From: an uncultured Verrucomicrobiae bacterium
GTDB taxonomy: Bacteria; Verrucomicrobiota; Verrucomicrobiia; Chthoniobacterales; JAFAMB01
Assembly (NCBI GenBank): GCA_963837955.1
Contig: CAWIPH010000002.1
Coordinates: forward strand, 288,001 to 352,000
Reading direction: 5' to 3'
Length of the DNA stretch: 64,000 bases
In this document: positions 29,166-39,219 of the stretch, piece by piece
How the letters are laid out: every line of letters begins with the position of its first letter
Numbering within the stretch: position 1 is the stretch's first letter
Notes under the pieces: model-generated
The model's input: only the letters and a program-made list of their open reading frames with translations
Told to the model about the DNA's origin: nothing
Databases searched by the model: none
Made by a program: the position numbers and the translations under genes

Positions 29166-30593
29166 ATGAGTAACGTAATCGCTAAGACTACCACCGACTA
29201 TAAGGTTGCCGACCTCGGCCTAGCCGAGTTTGGCCGAAAAGAGATCGAAATTGCTGAACAGGAAATGCCGGGTTTGATGGCTATCCGCCAGAAATACGCC
29301 AAGGCCAAGCCGTTGGCCGGTGTCCGGATCACAGGCTCGTTGCACATGACGATCCAAACCGCTGTTTTGATCGAGACGCTGGTGGATCTCGGCGCATCCG
29401 TTCGCTGGGCTAGCTGCAACATCTTTTCAACGCAAGATCATGCTGCTGCAGCGATTGCCAAGTCGGGCGTTCCGGTATTTGCGTGGAAAGGTGAGACGCT
29501 GGAAGAGTATTGGTGGTGTACCGACCAGGCGATTTCGCATCCGGACGGTAATGGTCCACAGCTTGTCGTCGATGACGGTGGCGACGTGACGTTACTGATC
29601 CACAAAGGATACGAACTTGAAGAGGGCAGCGACTGGGTCAATGGACCGTCGTCCAGCCACGAAGAAAAGGTCATCAAGAATCTGCTTAAGGAGATTCATG
29701 CCGAGAACCCATATCGTTGGCATGAACTGGTGAAGGAATGGCGCGGCGTCTCCGAAGAAACGACGACGGGAGTACATCGGCTCTACAAGCTACAGGAACT
29801 CGGCAAATTGTTGGTTCCCGCGTTCAACGTAAACGACTCTGTGACCAAGTCCAAATTCGACAATCTGTACGGTTGCCGGCATTCGCTCGTGGATGGAATC
29901 AACCGTGCGCTAGACGTCATGCTCTCGGGGAAAGTAGCGGTAATATGCGGCTATGGGGATGTCGGGAAAGGCTGCGCCCAATCGCTACGGGGCCAAGGCG
30001 CGCGTGTCATTATCACCGAGATCGATCCGATCAACGCACTTCAGGCCGCGATGGAAGGATACGAGGTTACCACGCTCGAAGACACTCTTGGGCGAGGGGA
30101 TGTCTATGTCACCACTACGGGCAACTGCGACGTCATCACCATCGAGCACATGGCAAAGATGAAGAACCAGGCTGCCGTCTGTAATATCGGTCACTTTGAT
30201 AACGAGATTCAGGTCGACAAACTCAACGAATTTCCTGGTATTCAGCGCACCAACATCAAGCCGCAACTTGACAAATATAAGTTTCCGGATGGGCATGAGA
30301 TTTTTCTGTTGGCCGAAGGTCGCCTAGTTAATCTCGGTTGTGCGACCGGGCACCCATCCTTTGTGATGAGCAACTCCTTCTCGAACCAGGTGCTCGCGCA
30401 GATCGATCTTTGGAAGAATAAGGACACGTACAAACCGCAGGTCTATATTTTGCCAAAGGCGCTCGATGAAGAAGTGGCGCGCTTACACCTGCAGAAGATT
30501 GGCGTGAAACTAACGAAGCTAACGCCGAAGCAAGCGGATTATATTGGTGTGTCGCCTGAAGGCCCATACAAGCCCGAACACTACCGCTACTAA
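29166..30593 (+). CDS. ahcY: Adenosylhomocysteinase
   Basis: [43 protein letters not shown]. Confidence 0.98.
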   Translation: MSNVIAKTTTDYKVADLGLAEFGRKEIEIAEQEMPGLMAIRQKYAKAKPLAGVRITGSLHMTIQTAVLIETLVDLGASVRWASCNIFSTQDHAAAAIAKSGVPVFAWKGETLEEYWWCTDQAISHPDGNGPQLVVDDGGDVTLLIHKGYELEEGSDWVNGPSSSHEEKVIKNLLKEIHAENPYRWHELVKEWRGVSEETTTGVHRLYKLQELGKLLVPAFNVNDSVTKSKFDNLYGCRHSLVDGINRALDVMLSGKVAVICGYGDVGKGCAQSLRGQGARVIITEIDPINALQAAMEGYEVTTLEDTLGRGDVYVTTTGNCDVITIEHMAKMKNQAAVCNIGHFDNEIQVDKLNEFPGIQRTNIKPQLDKYKFPDGHEIFLLAEGRLVNLGCATGHPSFVMSNSFSNQVLAQIDLWKNKDTYKPQVYILPKALDEEVARLHLQKIGVKLTKLTPKQADYIGVSPEGPYKPEHYRY

Positions 30594-30621
30594 GACTCGC
30601 CTTAGCACCAAAACTCGGAAA

Positions 30622-30657
30622 AAGGGCGTTCCGCTTCAGCGGGACGCCCTTCCTTTT
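30622..30657 (+). terminator. Intrinsic terminator after ahcY
   Basis: AAGGGCGTTCCGC-TTCA-GCGGGACGCCCTT stem followed by CCTTTT. Confidence 0.75.
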
Positions 30658-30842
30658 GCTGGACCCGGCTTTGGATTTCGCATGAAATGCAAAAATCCAC
30701 CCGGTCAACAGCTAACCGGGAACGCTGAACATGCTAACTGCCGCCCTGGACGCTTTCGCCAAGAACCTGAAACATGTAACCGGAGGCCGTTTCTCCTCTG
30801 CATCTGGATTCCGGATCCCAAATTCTGCTAAGGTTCGCCATT

Positions 30843-31181
30843 ATGAGCCCCGATTTCATTTGCGCAGTTACTTGGTTTGGACAACTCCATCGTTTCCTTG
30901 GGTTGGACTGGAGCTATTTAATGATCTTGGGATTTATCGGCAACCTGATCTTCGGAATGCGTTTCGTTATCCAATGGATTGCTTCCGAGAGAAGCGGAGA
31001 AAGCATCGTACCAACTGCGTTTTGGTACTTTAGCTTAGCGGGAAGTGTTGTGCTGGGGGCCTACTTCGTTTTCCGCCGAGATCCCGTTGGGATTGTAAGC
31101 TATCTTCCAAATTGCGTGATCTACCTGCGGAATCTGCAGCTAATTAAACGCAAAGCTCGCCTTGCTAGCGGACCTGAATGA
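30843..31181 (+). CDS. Lipid-A-biosynthesis N-terminal domain (LAB_N) small membrane protein
   Basis: GFIGNLIFGMRFVIQWIASE..GES.VP..FWYFS..GS..L..YF..RRDPV. Confidence 0.85.
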   Translation: MSPDFICAVTWFGQLHRFLGLDWSYLMILGFIGNLIFGMRFVIQWIASERSGESIVPTAFWYFSLAGSVVLGAYFVFRRDPVGIVSYLPNCVIYLRNLQLIKRKARLASGPE

Positions 31182-31348
31182 GCCGAAGTATGAAAACCTT
31201 CGATTCGCGTGCCGAATGATGAAATCTGAGAGACAACAGCGGACGGATATCTTCGAAGCCCGCTTGCAATCCGTTCCGGCATTTTTTCGTTGATCTGCAT
31301 GATGGGTTTGATTTTGGTGTGCAACACTAGCGGATTCTGTAAACAGCA

Positions 31349-32557
31349 GTGAAAACATTGATGAAGAGGCGAGTGCTCATAATGTCGACCAGCGCAGGAA
31401 CTGGGCACGTGCGGGCGGCGGAGGCACTGACTAAGGCGTTCAGGGACAATCCCGATGTCGGGGAAGTCATCCACAGTGACGCTCTTCATTTCACGAACAA
31501 ATTGTTCCGGGATTTTTATTCCAAACTCTATGCCCGCCTAGTTCAAACTGCGCCGGATTTTCTTGGGTGGTGGTACAAACAAAGCGACGAACCATGGAAA
31601 ACAGATGGGATGCGCTTGATGCTGGACCGGCTGAATACCGGCCCGCTTGTAAAATTCATTCGCAAGTTCAACCCGCATATCACCGTCTGTACCCATTTCA
31701 TGCCGGCAGGGATTATCTCGGACCTGATCGCCAAGAATCGCCTGGATGCGCATCTTTCGATCGTTGTCACCGATCTCGATTTTCACGCAATGTGGCTTTC
31801 CCGAATGTTTCATCGGTATTTTGTTGCGATCGAGGAAACTAAGGTCCATCTGGAGATGCTTGGGCTGCCCTCGGAACGGATCACGGTTTCGGGAATCCCG
31901 ATCGATCCGGAATTTGCTTATCCCATCGATCGGTCCGCCACCCGGCACGATTTTGGGCTGCATCCAACGCGTCCCACGTTGCTCCTTTCGGCCGGCGCGC
32001 TCGGGGTCGGTCCCGCTGAATTTGTGGTAGAACGTCTAAGGAATTTGCGCAACAAGACTCAAACGCTCGTGGTTTGTGGTCACAGTGTCGAGACGAGAGA
32101 ACGAGTCTTGCGCTTAGTCGGCGGGGATCCGGAAGCGTTTAAAGTATTCGGCTACACCGATCGCATGTCCGACCTCATGAAGATCTCTGACCTCTTCATT
32201 GGAAAACCGGGCGGTTTGACCAGCGCAGAAGCATTGACCTGCGGCCTACCAATGGTGATTGTCAGCCCTATTCCGGGACAAGAAGAGAGAAATTGTGATC
32301 ACCTCTTGGAAGATGGTGTCGCTGTAAAATGCAATGAAATGACGACCATCCCGTACAAAATCGACACTTTGTTGGATGATCCTGATCGCCTCGAGCAAAT
32401 GCGGAGACGCGCTTTTGCTTTAAGTCGTCCGGACGCTGCTCGTTGTATAGCTGAGACATTGGTCGGTGATCGACTGCCTCCCCTGGAAGTCACCGATGAT
32501 GACGCCGAAGCGATCATTTTGGCGGCTGCGCGTGAAAAGGACAACAAGCTTCGGTAG
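31349..32557 (+). CDS. GT28 diacylglycerol glycosyltransferase (MGDG synthase/UgtP-like)
   Basis: GTGHVRAAEA, VCTHF, VVTD..H..W, GIPI, KPGGLTSAEA, PIPGQEERN. Confidence 0.88.
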   Translation: MKTLMKRRVLIMSTSAGTGHVRAAEALTKAFRDNPDVGEVIHSDALHFTNKLFRDFYSKLYARLVQTAPDFLGWWYKQSDEPWKTDGMRLMLDRLNTGPLVKFIRKFNPHITVCTHFMPAGIISDLIAKNRLDAHLSIVVTDLDFHAMWLSRMFHRYFVAIEETKVHLEMLGLPSERITVSGIPIDPEFAYPIDRSATRHDFGLHPTRPTLLLSAGALGVGPAEFVVERLRNLRNKTQTLVVCGHSVETRERVLRLVGGDPEAFKVFGYTDRMSDLMKISDLFIGKPGGLTSAEALTCGLPMVIVSPIPGQEERNCDHLLEDGVAVKCNEMTTIPYKIDTLLDDPDRLEQMRRRAFALSRPDAARCIAETLVGDRLPPLEVTDDDAEAIILAAAREKDNKLR

Positions 32558-32559
32558 CT

Positions 32560-34089
32560 ATGGAAGAATTCCTGTGGGGCGTCGCTACGTCCGCTTACCA
32601 ATCGGAAGGAGGGTTTAATGGCGCGGGTCAGCCCCAAACAAACTGGGCCGACGCGGAGCGTCGAAATGATGTCGTACCCCTGGGATTGGCGGCGGATTTC
32701 TGGAACCGCTATCCGGAGGATTTCGACCGGGCGGAAAAGATGGGCCTTAACGCTTTCCGGCTCGGAATCGAATGGAGCCGGGTCCAGCCTACTTATGTAG
32801 ATCAACCTGGGTCACCGCCAGCGTTCGACGAGGACGCGCTTGACCGATACGCCGAGATGTTAGCGGAGTGTCGTCGTCATGGGATGGAACCGGTTGTTAC
32901 CCTGCATCATTTTGTTCACCCAGCTTGGCTCGGAGCTGATCCCTGGTTGGAGCCAGGAATGGTTGAGCACTTTTGCCGGTACGTGGAGAAGGTCGTCTTA
33001 CACCTCAATCGTGCGCTCATCGATCGCCATGGGGTGGAACCCATTCGCTACTACATCACCGTAAACGAGCCGAATATGCTCGTCCTCAACACCTATTTTG
33101 GTACCCAGTTTCCGGGCCGAAAAAATCATAGGGCCGGCTTGCACAGTGTTGCGGAAGGTTGCCGCCAGATCCTCAGAGCTCATGTGAAGGCCTACAACTT
33201 GATCCATGATCTGGCTGATCGGGAGGGCTGGGGATGGCCGATGGTGAGTTTTAATAACTATTGCAGTGATTTGTATTGGTCGGACAAAATCTGGCTCGAT
33301 CTGATTTCGGTTCGAGAACGAGGCGTGAAATCATCGGAGTTACGCGATTATGTCTACGCCAAGATACACGAGTTCGAAACCGCCTTTGCCAAAGCGCGGA
33401 TACCATTGCACAAAGATATTCCTTATTTTTTTGGCGACTTCACGAAGCGAATCAGCAATTGGATTGGTTATAAGACGTTTGACGCAGAATTCTTCGCAAC
33501 CCTGGCCGACGAGATTTACGCGGTGGAGAGACCATCAACTTTTGATTTCTTGGGTCTCGATTATTACGATCCATTTGCGGCACACATCTTTCGTCTACCC
33601 GTTTGGTGGGATCACGAATTTAAAAATAAGTCGCTCCGGGCGTGGTTGATGAGCAACATCACCAGCAAGTGGTGGGATTGGCGTGTTTTGCCAGCCGGTC
33701 TGCGATTTTTTTGCGAGTATTACAGCAAAGATTACGGAGATCGGCCGGTTCTTATCGCAGAGAATGGGATGGCTCTACGACGCCGCACCGACAATCGCGG
33801 AACGCTACGTCGCGATAAAATGACTCGCAGCGAGTTCCTGCGGGTTCACGTTGCCGAAGTAACGCGAATCGCTCAAAGCAAGGTCCCGCTGCTCGGGTAT
33901 CTGCACTGGTCATTATTCGATAATTACGAATGGGGCTCATTCACCCCGCGGTTCGGCCTCTTTTCCCTCGACTACCAAAAAGGAACGGACCGTTTAGAAA
34001 CGGATCATCTTGGCGATCGCCCGTCGATTACTTATGCGCAGCTGGTAGAAACGGCTCGGGATCAGCTTTCCAGTCAGCCCGGCGCTTGA
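32560..34089 (+). CDS. Glycoside hydrolase family 1
   Basis: FLWGVATSAYQSEG, EWSRV, TLHHF, TVNEP (acid/base), IAENG (nucleophile), WSLFDNYEWG. Confidence 0.92.
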   Translation: MEEFLWGVATSAYQSEGGFNGAGQPQTNWADAERRNDVVPLGLAADFWNRYPEDFDRAEKMGLNAFRLGIEWSRVQPTYVDQPGSPPAFDEDALDRYAEMLAECRRHGMEPVVTLHHFVHPAWLGADPWLEPGMVEHFCRYVEKVVLHLNRALIDRHGVEPIRYYITVNEPNMLVLNTYFGTQFPGRKNHRAGLHSVAEGCRQILRAHVKAYNLIHDLADREGWGWPMVSFNNYCSDLYWSDKIWLDLISVRERGVKSSELRDYVYAKIHEFETAFAKARIPLHKDIPYFFGDFTKRISNWIGYKTFDAEFFATLADEIYAVERPSTFDFLGLDYYDPFAAHIFRLPVWWDHEFKNKSLRAWLMSNITSKWWDWRVLPAGLRFFCEYYSKDYGDRPVLIAENGMALRRRTDNRGTLRRDKMTRSEFLRVHVAEVTRIAQSKVPLLGYLHWSLFDNYEWGSFTPRFGLFSLDYQKGTDRLETDHLGDRPSITYAQLVETARDQLSSQPGA

Positions 34090-34173
34090 TTTCTTTCCGA
34101 GTCTGGATTCATAGGGGTCCGCCTCGGGCTCCCTGAATCTCGGCTTCGGCTCCTGAGGCAAGACGATTCGTTC

Positions 34174-34290
34174 TGTGAGGGGATTTCTTGCGCTCTTTCA
34201 GAGCGGCCGCGTTTTTTTGGGCTACCCGGGGTTGCGCAAAGCCTCCACCCCGGGCTGAGTCCTCTAACGCCTTCGGCGTACGTCCTCACA
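34174..34290. repeat. REP-like tripartite hairpin element between convergent genes
   Basis: Hairpins at 34191-34205, 34225-34254 and 34267-34279; flanking TGTGAGG/CCTCACA inverted repeat. Confidence 0.65.
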
Positions 34291-34291
34291 A

Positions 34292-35119
34292 TCAGCTTAT
34301 ACCGAATTCTTTTATTCGTTTTCCGAGAACGAAGTTCTTCTGACAACGCTCTATTTTTCGAATCTCGAAGCTCTTATCTTTCAGCAGCACTGCGAAAGCG
34401 CCGAAATTTAAGACAAAGCTTCCGGTGTTGATGATCACGCGCCCATCATGGCTCCAGCAACCCGGATAGTGGGTATGACCAATCAGAAGAAAGCGTGCCT
34501 CTGGTCGGAAAGCCTGCAGTAGCTTAGCCCCAAGCTTCGGCGTATCCCACCAGGCGCGCAGAATCATAAATGGACGATAGGGTGGCCAGAGTTGTCGCGC
34601 GATCAGACCAAGTTTGGGCAACCTGTCTCGAGTCGTTGGTTCCTCCAGCAATTGTAACTTCAGGGATGTCCTTTTTGTGGCTAGAAGGCGTTTCTCGAAA
34701 TTGAGTAGCGCGTCCGGCCCGAGCTGTTCCAGCGCACGGAGATGTACTTTGCGATAAGCGTAAGCTTGGCGACTCCAAGGCGCGATACCAAGGAAAAGCA
34801 TATCGCCATGGGTAACTAGGATCTGACCTTCCGCCAAATCGAGATGATCGATTTGGGAAATCACCGGGTCGTGGTTGCCGTTGATGAATATCGTTTTAGC
34901 ACCCGCCGCATGAGAGACTCTGGCCAGATGGGCGGCCAGTCCACGACCCAGTGGCCGATCGATTTGATGCCGCAACTCCGCGGTATCACCGTTTAATACG
35001 ATGGTCTTCGCTTCGCGAAATATCGGGGCCAGCTGTTCGGGATCCCGGACAAGTGAAGCGCGGTGGCCGAGGTGGAGATCGGAGAGAATGAGCGTCGGAT
35101 GGGCAGGCGTGAGATTCAT
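34292..35119 (-). CDS. Calcineurin-like metallophosphoesterase (LpxH-like motif set)
   Basis: SDLHLG, NGD, GNHD, THGD, GHTH, NTGS. Confidence 0.85.
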   Translation of the reverse strand: MNLTPAHPTLILSDLHLGHRASLVRDPEQLAPIFREAKTIVLNGDTAELRHQIDRPLGRGLAAHLARVSHAAGAKTIFINGNHDPVISQIDHLDLAEGQILVTHGDMLFLGIAPWSRQAYAYRKVHLRALEQLGPDALLNFEKRLLATKRTSLKLQLLEEPTTRDRLPKLGLIARQLWPPYRPFMILRAWWDTPKLGAKLLQAFRPEARFLLIGHTHYPGCWSHDGRVIINTGSFVLNFGAFAVLLKDKSFEIRKIERCQKNFVLGKRIKEFGIS

Positions 35120-35544
35120 CCGGTTTCTCCGATGATGCTCAGGCTCAACGTGCGTTGCGTCGGGTCACGCCGATGTTCATACACGAATAGACCTTGCCAG
35201 GTACCGAGCTGAAGTCTGCCGTCCGCAATCGGAATACTTTCAGAGGATCTCGTTAATGCCATCCGAATATGACTCGCCATGTCGTCCGGTCCTTCCAGGG
35301 TGTGCGTAAAGTAGGCAGCATTTTCTGGTACAAGTCGCTGCAAGAAACGTTCGAGATCGGCTCGAGCACTCGGGTCAGCATTCTCAAACATTATGAGGCT
35401 GGCGCTGGTGTGTTGAATGAGAATGTTTGCCACCCCGACCTTGACCCGGCTCTTTACCACAAATCGATTGATTTGATCAGTGATTTCGTAGGTGCCGATT
35501 CCGTGCGTCGGAATTGAAAATCGGTAACTAAACGCTGTCAGCAT
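35116..35544 (-). CDS. yjbQ: YjbQ/UPF0047 family protein
   Basis: HTSASL..FENADP...EGPDDMASHIR...LGTWQGLF.YEHR. Confidence 0.92.
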   Translation of the reverse strand: MLTAFSYRFSIPTHGIGTYEITDQINRFVVKSRVKVGVANILIQHTSASLIMFENADPSARADLERFLQRLVPENAAYFTHTLEGPDDMASHIRMALTRSSESIPIADGRLQLGTWQGLFVYEHRRDPTQRTLSLSIIGETG

Positions 35545-36667
35545 AGAGCTGGTTAACCAATCGCAACGATTTGTGATTCGGCAGAAGACCTGGTTCCATT
35601 TGGTTCATGACATAGGCAAACGCTAGCTTCCGAGCCGGGTCGGCGAAGGCGTGGCTGCCGCCTGCGCCCGGCTGTCCAAATGCAGTCTCTGAAGGGCCAA
35701 ATATCGTCCGCAGTTTCTGGCCGTCCGGTGAGACTGGATCCTTCATGAAACCAGATCCAAAAGCCGTGGGAATTAGCAGAACTCGATCATGGCCGGAGAC
35801 CACCGTTTTTGCGAGGGTCGAAAGCATCTCTGGGCTCAGAAAACTCGGTTCACAGAAAACGTTATAATAAAAACGAGCTAACGACTCGGCAGTGCCGATG
35901 CCGCCGAGGGACGGTAGTGGATGCATCCGGATCTCCGGTGCGTTGAAGGCGGAGGGAATGATTGGACCGGCCGGGGTGGAGAAAGCTAGCCGCGTCAAAG
36001 AATTTTTATCCGCCAGGGCCTGATAAAACGGATCCTCGTATGAGGACTCCCGCTTCTGTCTCGGCGTTTGGATAGGAGCCACCTCATCGACGAATTTCGA
36101 AGGAATGCCAATCCACAGATCGAGATCAAGCGGGTCCCCAAATGCTTGCCGAAAATATTCTGCAACCGTGACACCTGAGGAGATGCGACGCAAAAGCTCA
36201 TCAATGAGAAAACCGTAAGTACGAGGATGATAGCCGTGAGCGTCGCCAGGTTTCCAAAATGGCTGTTGAGCCGCGAGCGCTTGGACCACCGCCCCATGGT
36301 CCAGTATCTGAATTTCCGTGTCGCGCAGGGCCGGCTGGCCGGATCGATGTGAAAGGACCTCGTTCAGCGTCGTATCTTCTTTGCCGTTCACGCCATACTC
36401 CGGCCAGAAATCCTTCACTCGCCGTCCCAGAGCAATTTTCGAATGATCGCAACAGTGGAGAAGACAAGCTGAAGCCAGCGCTTTCGTCGCGGACCAGATC
36501 AATACTCGTGTTTCAGTGGTCCATCGCCTGGTCTGAGTTCGATCGAAGAAACCGTCACCGATATTTAGAACTGAGCGGCCTTCCTGGACGATGCAAACAG
36601 AGGCACCGAGTTCTCCGTACTTGCTGAAATTTTCTTCGAAAAGATCGATTAACCCGGAGAGATCCAC
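35528..36667 (-). CDS. Beta-lactamase-family serine hydrolase (esterase-like)
   Basis: SATK (SxxK), LSHRSG, HGYH, FGQPGAGGS. Confidence 0.9.
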   Translation of the reverse strand: MDLSGLIDLFEENFSKYGELGASVCIVQEGRSVLNIGDGFFDRTQTRRWTTETRVLIWSATKALASACLLHCCDHSKIALGRRVKDFWPEYGVNGKEDTTLNEVLSHRSGQPALRDTEIQILDHGAVVQALAAQQPFWKPGDAHGYHPRTYGFLIDELLRRISSGVTVAEYFRQAFGDPLDLDLWIGIPSKFVDEVAPIQTPRQKRESSYEDPFYQALADKNSLTRLAFSTPAGPIIPSAFNAPEIRMHPLPSLGGIGTAESLARFYYNVFCEPSFLSPEMLSTLAKTVVSGHDRVLLIPTAFGSGFMKDPVSPDGQKLRTIFGPSETAFGQPGAGGSHAFADPARKLAFAYVMNQMEPGLLPNHKSLRLVNQLYADSV

Positions 36668-36779
36668 TTGGTGAGAGGTTGGGAGTTGGAGAAATGGAGT
36701 AATGGAATGGTTCAGTTCGCTCGTTCTTTGCTATTTGGAAATGGCCTGATGACTCCGGATGCCCGTATCTGTATACGGT

Positions 36780-37247
36780 TTATAATTCCTCACGGATCGG
36801 CCCGAGGTCGGGATCCTGTTGGGCAATGTCTCGGAACGTTTTGTTTAATCGAAAACTCGCCCGCAGGTAAGCTTTGGCTTGGTCCAAGTTTCCCAGGACC
36901 GCTTCATAACAGCCTAAATTGTAATAGTAAATTGGCTCATCGAGGAGTGAAGGTGGTCCGCCCAGCAGTTTCTCTTTCGCTTTCGCTGTCTGACCAAACT
37001 CATGCAAACAGAAGGCGGCATGGATAAAACCATAACTCTCGCCCGGAAACAGTTCGCACATCCGCAGGCTCAGCTCCAAAGCGCTCTTCCAGTCGCGAAT
37101 CTGCAGCACAATCTGGATCCGCATTCGGAGCGCTTCCGGACGGTCTTGGTCCTCCGGTGGAATTTCGTTGAGATGAGCCAGTGCCTCCGCGGGCATTCCC
37201 AGTTCCACGTAACCCTCTGCCGCGCGAATCTGCTGTTCAAACGTCAT
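36780..37247 (-). CDS. TPR-repeat protein
   Basis: AEGYVELGM...YYNLGCYEA.LG..DQA..YL...A..DPDL. Confidence 0.82.
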   Translation of the reverse strand: MTFEQQIRAAEGYVELGMPAEALAHLNEIPPEDQDRPEALRMRIQIVLQIRDWKSALELSLRMCELFPGESYGFIHAAFCLHEFGQTAKAKEKLLGGPPSLLDEPIYYYNLGCYEAVLGNLDQAKAYLRASFRLNKTFRDIAQQDPDLGPIREEL

Positions 37248-37693
37248 GGCCTAGCAGCCGCTTCGGGATGGTCGATAAGATAGATGCGATGAACGTGCCG
37301 TCCTCCTTCGAACGGGGTCTCCAACCAGACACTGACAATTTGTAACGCTTCTTCTTCGGTGATTGTTCTTTGGCCCAATGAAAGGACATTCCCGTCGTTG
37401 TGAGCTCGATTCCATTTCGCGAGCTGCTCGTTCCAGCAGAGACCGCAACGGACCCCCACGACCCGGTTAGCAGTGATTGCTTCGCCATTCCCGGAACCGC
37501 CGAGCACAATTCCTCGCTCCACTTCACCACGAGCAACCGCCTCTGCGACCGGTCGGATGAACAGCGGGTAATCACACGGCTCTTCAGAATCGGTTCCGAA
37601 ATCAATAATTTCGTGTCCCGCCGCTTTCAGCGTTTCTTTGATTATCTCTTTATACCGAAAGCCGGCATGGTCAGAGCCAATCGCAATTTTCAT
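37244..37693 (-). CDS. rpiB: Ribose-5-phosphate isomerase B
   Basis: IAIGSDHAG, GGSGNGE, HNDGN, FEGGRH. Confidence 0.94.
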   Translation of the reverse strand: MKIAIGSDHAGFRYKEIIKETLKAAGHEIIDFGTDSEEPCDYPLFIRPVAEAVARGEVERGIVLGGSGNGEAITANRVVGVRCGLCWNEQLAKWNRAHNDGNVLSLGQRTITEEEALQIVSVWLETPFEGGRHVHRIYLIDHPEAAARP

Positions 37694-38037
37694 CCCACCA
37701 CATCTCGGCGGATCGACGCCTGCAATCAACGAAATTTGTTGGCAGTTTGTTGTAGCCGGCAGTGGTGAGAATCAAATTCTTAAGCGCGTCCGGTGCGCAA
37801 CCCTTGCTGCGATCCTTATCAAGCGGCGTGCCCGAAAAGGTCGTTCGCACCCCCTTCATTGCAGCAGCCGGATCGTCTACTGAACGATAGCGGCGGTCGC
37901 GTTTGATCACCGAACGCAGGTTCTTCTCACCGAGATGGAGAATCTCGTCGAACTTCGGTGCCACCAGCCTTCCATTGGACTGGCATCAATCCCCGCCGCG
38001 GCTGTTTTCTGGCTTTCCAAGTCTATCCCTTTGACCT

Positions 38038-39075
38038 TCATCGGCTGTGCTCTAACTCTCTCGGAGTTATCGGCAACTCGATGATCTCAGTGCGCCGGAT
38101 GACCGTGAGGGTCGAGCGTTTACCGATCTCGTTGCCAACGAGCAAACGATGAAGATCATCAATCGATACAATCGGAGAGCCCTTAAAAGCTATGATGATG
38201 TCGCCGACGGTGACTCCGGCCGTATCAGCCGGGCCGCCCGAGTCGACCCCGGCTACCAGAACGCCGCGAGATTGTTCCAGACGATGAGCACGAACGAGCC
38301 GGGCATGAATGGGAACATTTTGGCCAGCAATCGCCAGAAAACTTCGTCTGATCTTTCCTTCCTTGATTAGCCAGGCAGCCACGAAATGAGCGGTGTTTGC
38401 AGCGATAGCAAAACAGAGCCCCTGGGCAGGAAGAATCACCGCTGTGTTCACGCCGATTACCGCCCCGGTCGAATCCACTAAAGGACCTCCTGAGTTGCCC
38501 GGATTGAGGGCGGCATCGGTTTGCAGAATATCGTCCATTAATCGACCTGATTCTGCCCGCATCGATCGGCCCAGAGCGCTCACGATTCCGGCCGTTACGG
38601 TTTGTTGAAATCCGAAGGGACTACCAATGGCGATTGCTATCTGTCCAACCCGCAGCTTCTTGGAGTCGGCAAAAGAAAGAAACGAAATTGGACTTGTACC
38701 TGTCCCTATCCGAACCACAGCGAGATCAGTTTCGGGGTCCTCACCCACCAATTGACCCGACGCGGTGGTGCCATCGGCCAAAGTCACTTCGATCGAGCGC
38801 GCCTCCCTCACCACGTGACTATTAGTCAAAATGAATCCGTCCGGCGTAATGGCAAATCCGCTGCCGCCTTGTTGAGATGCCCTGCGGTGTCCGTTTTCGA
38901 TCCGCAGATTGACCACGGCCGGCGAGACTCGTTCCACCACAGAACTCACCGTTTGGGAATACGTATCAAGCAGGGTCTCGTCCGGACCACTAATCGGGGG
39001 TCGCAACGAGGGTTGATCAGAATTGGGACGTTCCGAGAAAACTCGATTCCAGATTGGTTCAAATTCAGCAAGCAT
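38038..39075 (-). CDS. HtrA/DegP-like serine protease with one PDZ domain and no signal peptide
   Basis: GSGF, TNSHVV, DLAV, QTDAALNPGNSGGPL, C-terminal PDZ. Confidence 0.92.
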   Translation of the reverse strand: MLAEFEPIWNRVFSERPNSDQPSLRPPISGPDETLLDTYSQTVSSVVERVSPAVVNLRIENGHRRASQQGGSGFAITPDGFILTNSHVVREARSIEVTLADGTTASGQLVGEDPETDLAVVRIGTGTSPISFLSFADSKKLRVGQIAIAIGSPFGFQQTVTAGIVSALGRSMRAESGRLMDDILQTDAALNPGNSGGPLVDSTGAVIGVNTAVILPAQGLCFAIAANTAHFVAAWLIKEGKIRRSFLAIAGQNVPIHARLVRAHRLEQSRGVLVAGVDSGGPADTAGVTVGDIIIAFKGSPIVSIDDLHRLLVGNEIGKRSTLTVIRRTEIIELPITPRELEHSR

Positions 39076-39102
39076 ACGATCTGGTTGTTAAATAAAGCAT
39101 TA

Positions 39103-39121
39103 TGTAACTGTGTTTGTTACA
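39103..39121. promoter_or_regulatory. Putative Rrf2 operator upstream of the protease
   Basis: Perfect palindrome TGTAAC-N7-GTTACA. Confidence 0.6.
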
Positions 39122-39219
39122 AAGCAACCGAATCTTTAAATCCCCTGTGCCACCAGGAGATGGAGCGAGCCGGGAAGGATGATTTTGGAAACGTTGGCCG
39201 AGCGTGTTCCGGAAAGCGG

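Noticed and set aside
34074..34346. 90-aa minus-strand ORF
   Set aside because: Translation of the REP-like element; overlaps both flanking genes
37671..37964. 97-aa ORF between the protease and rpiB
   Set aside because: No recognisable motif or SD and it overlaps the rpiB start; cannot be supported, though a gene remnant is not excluded
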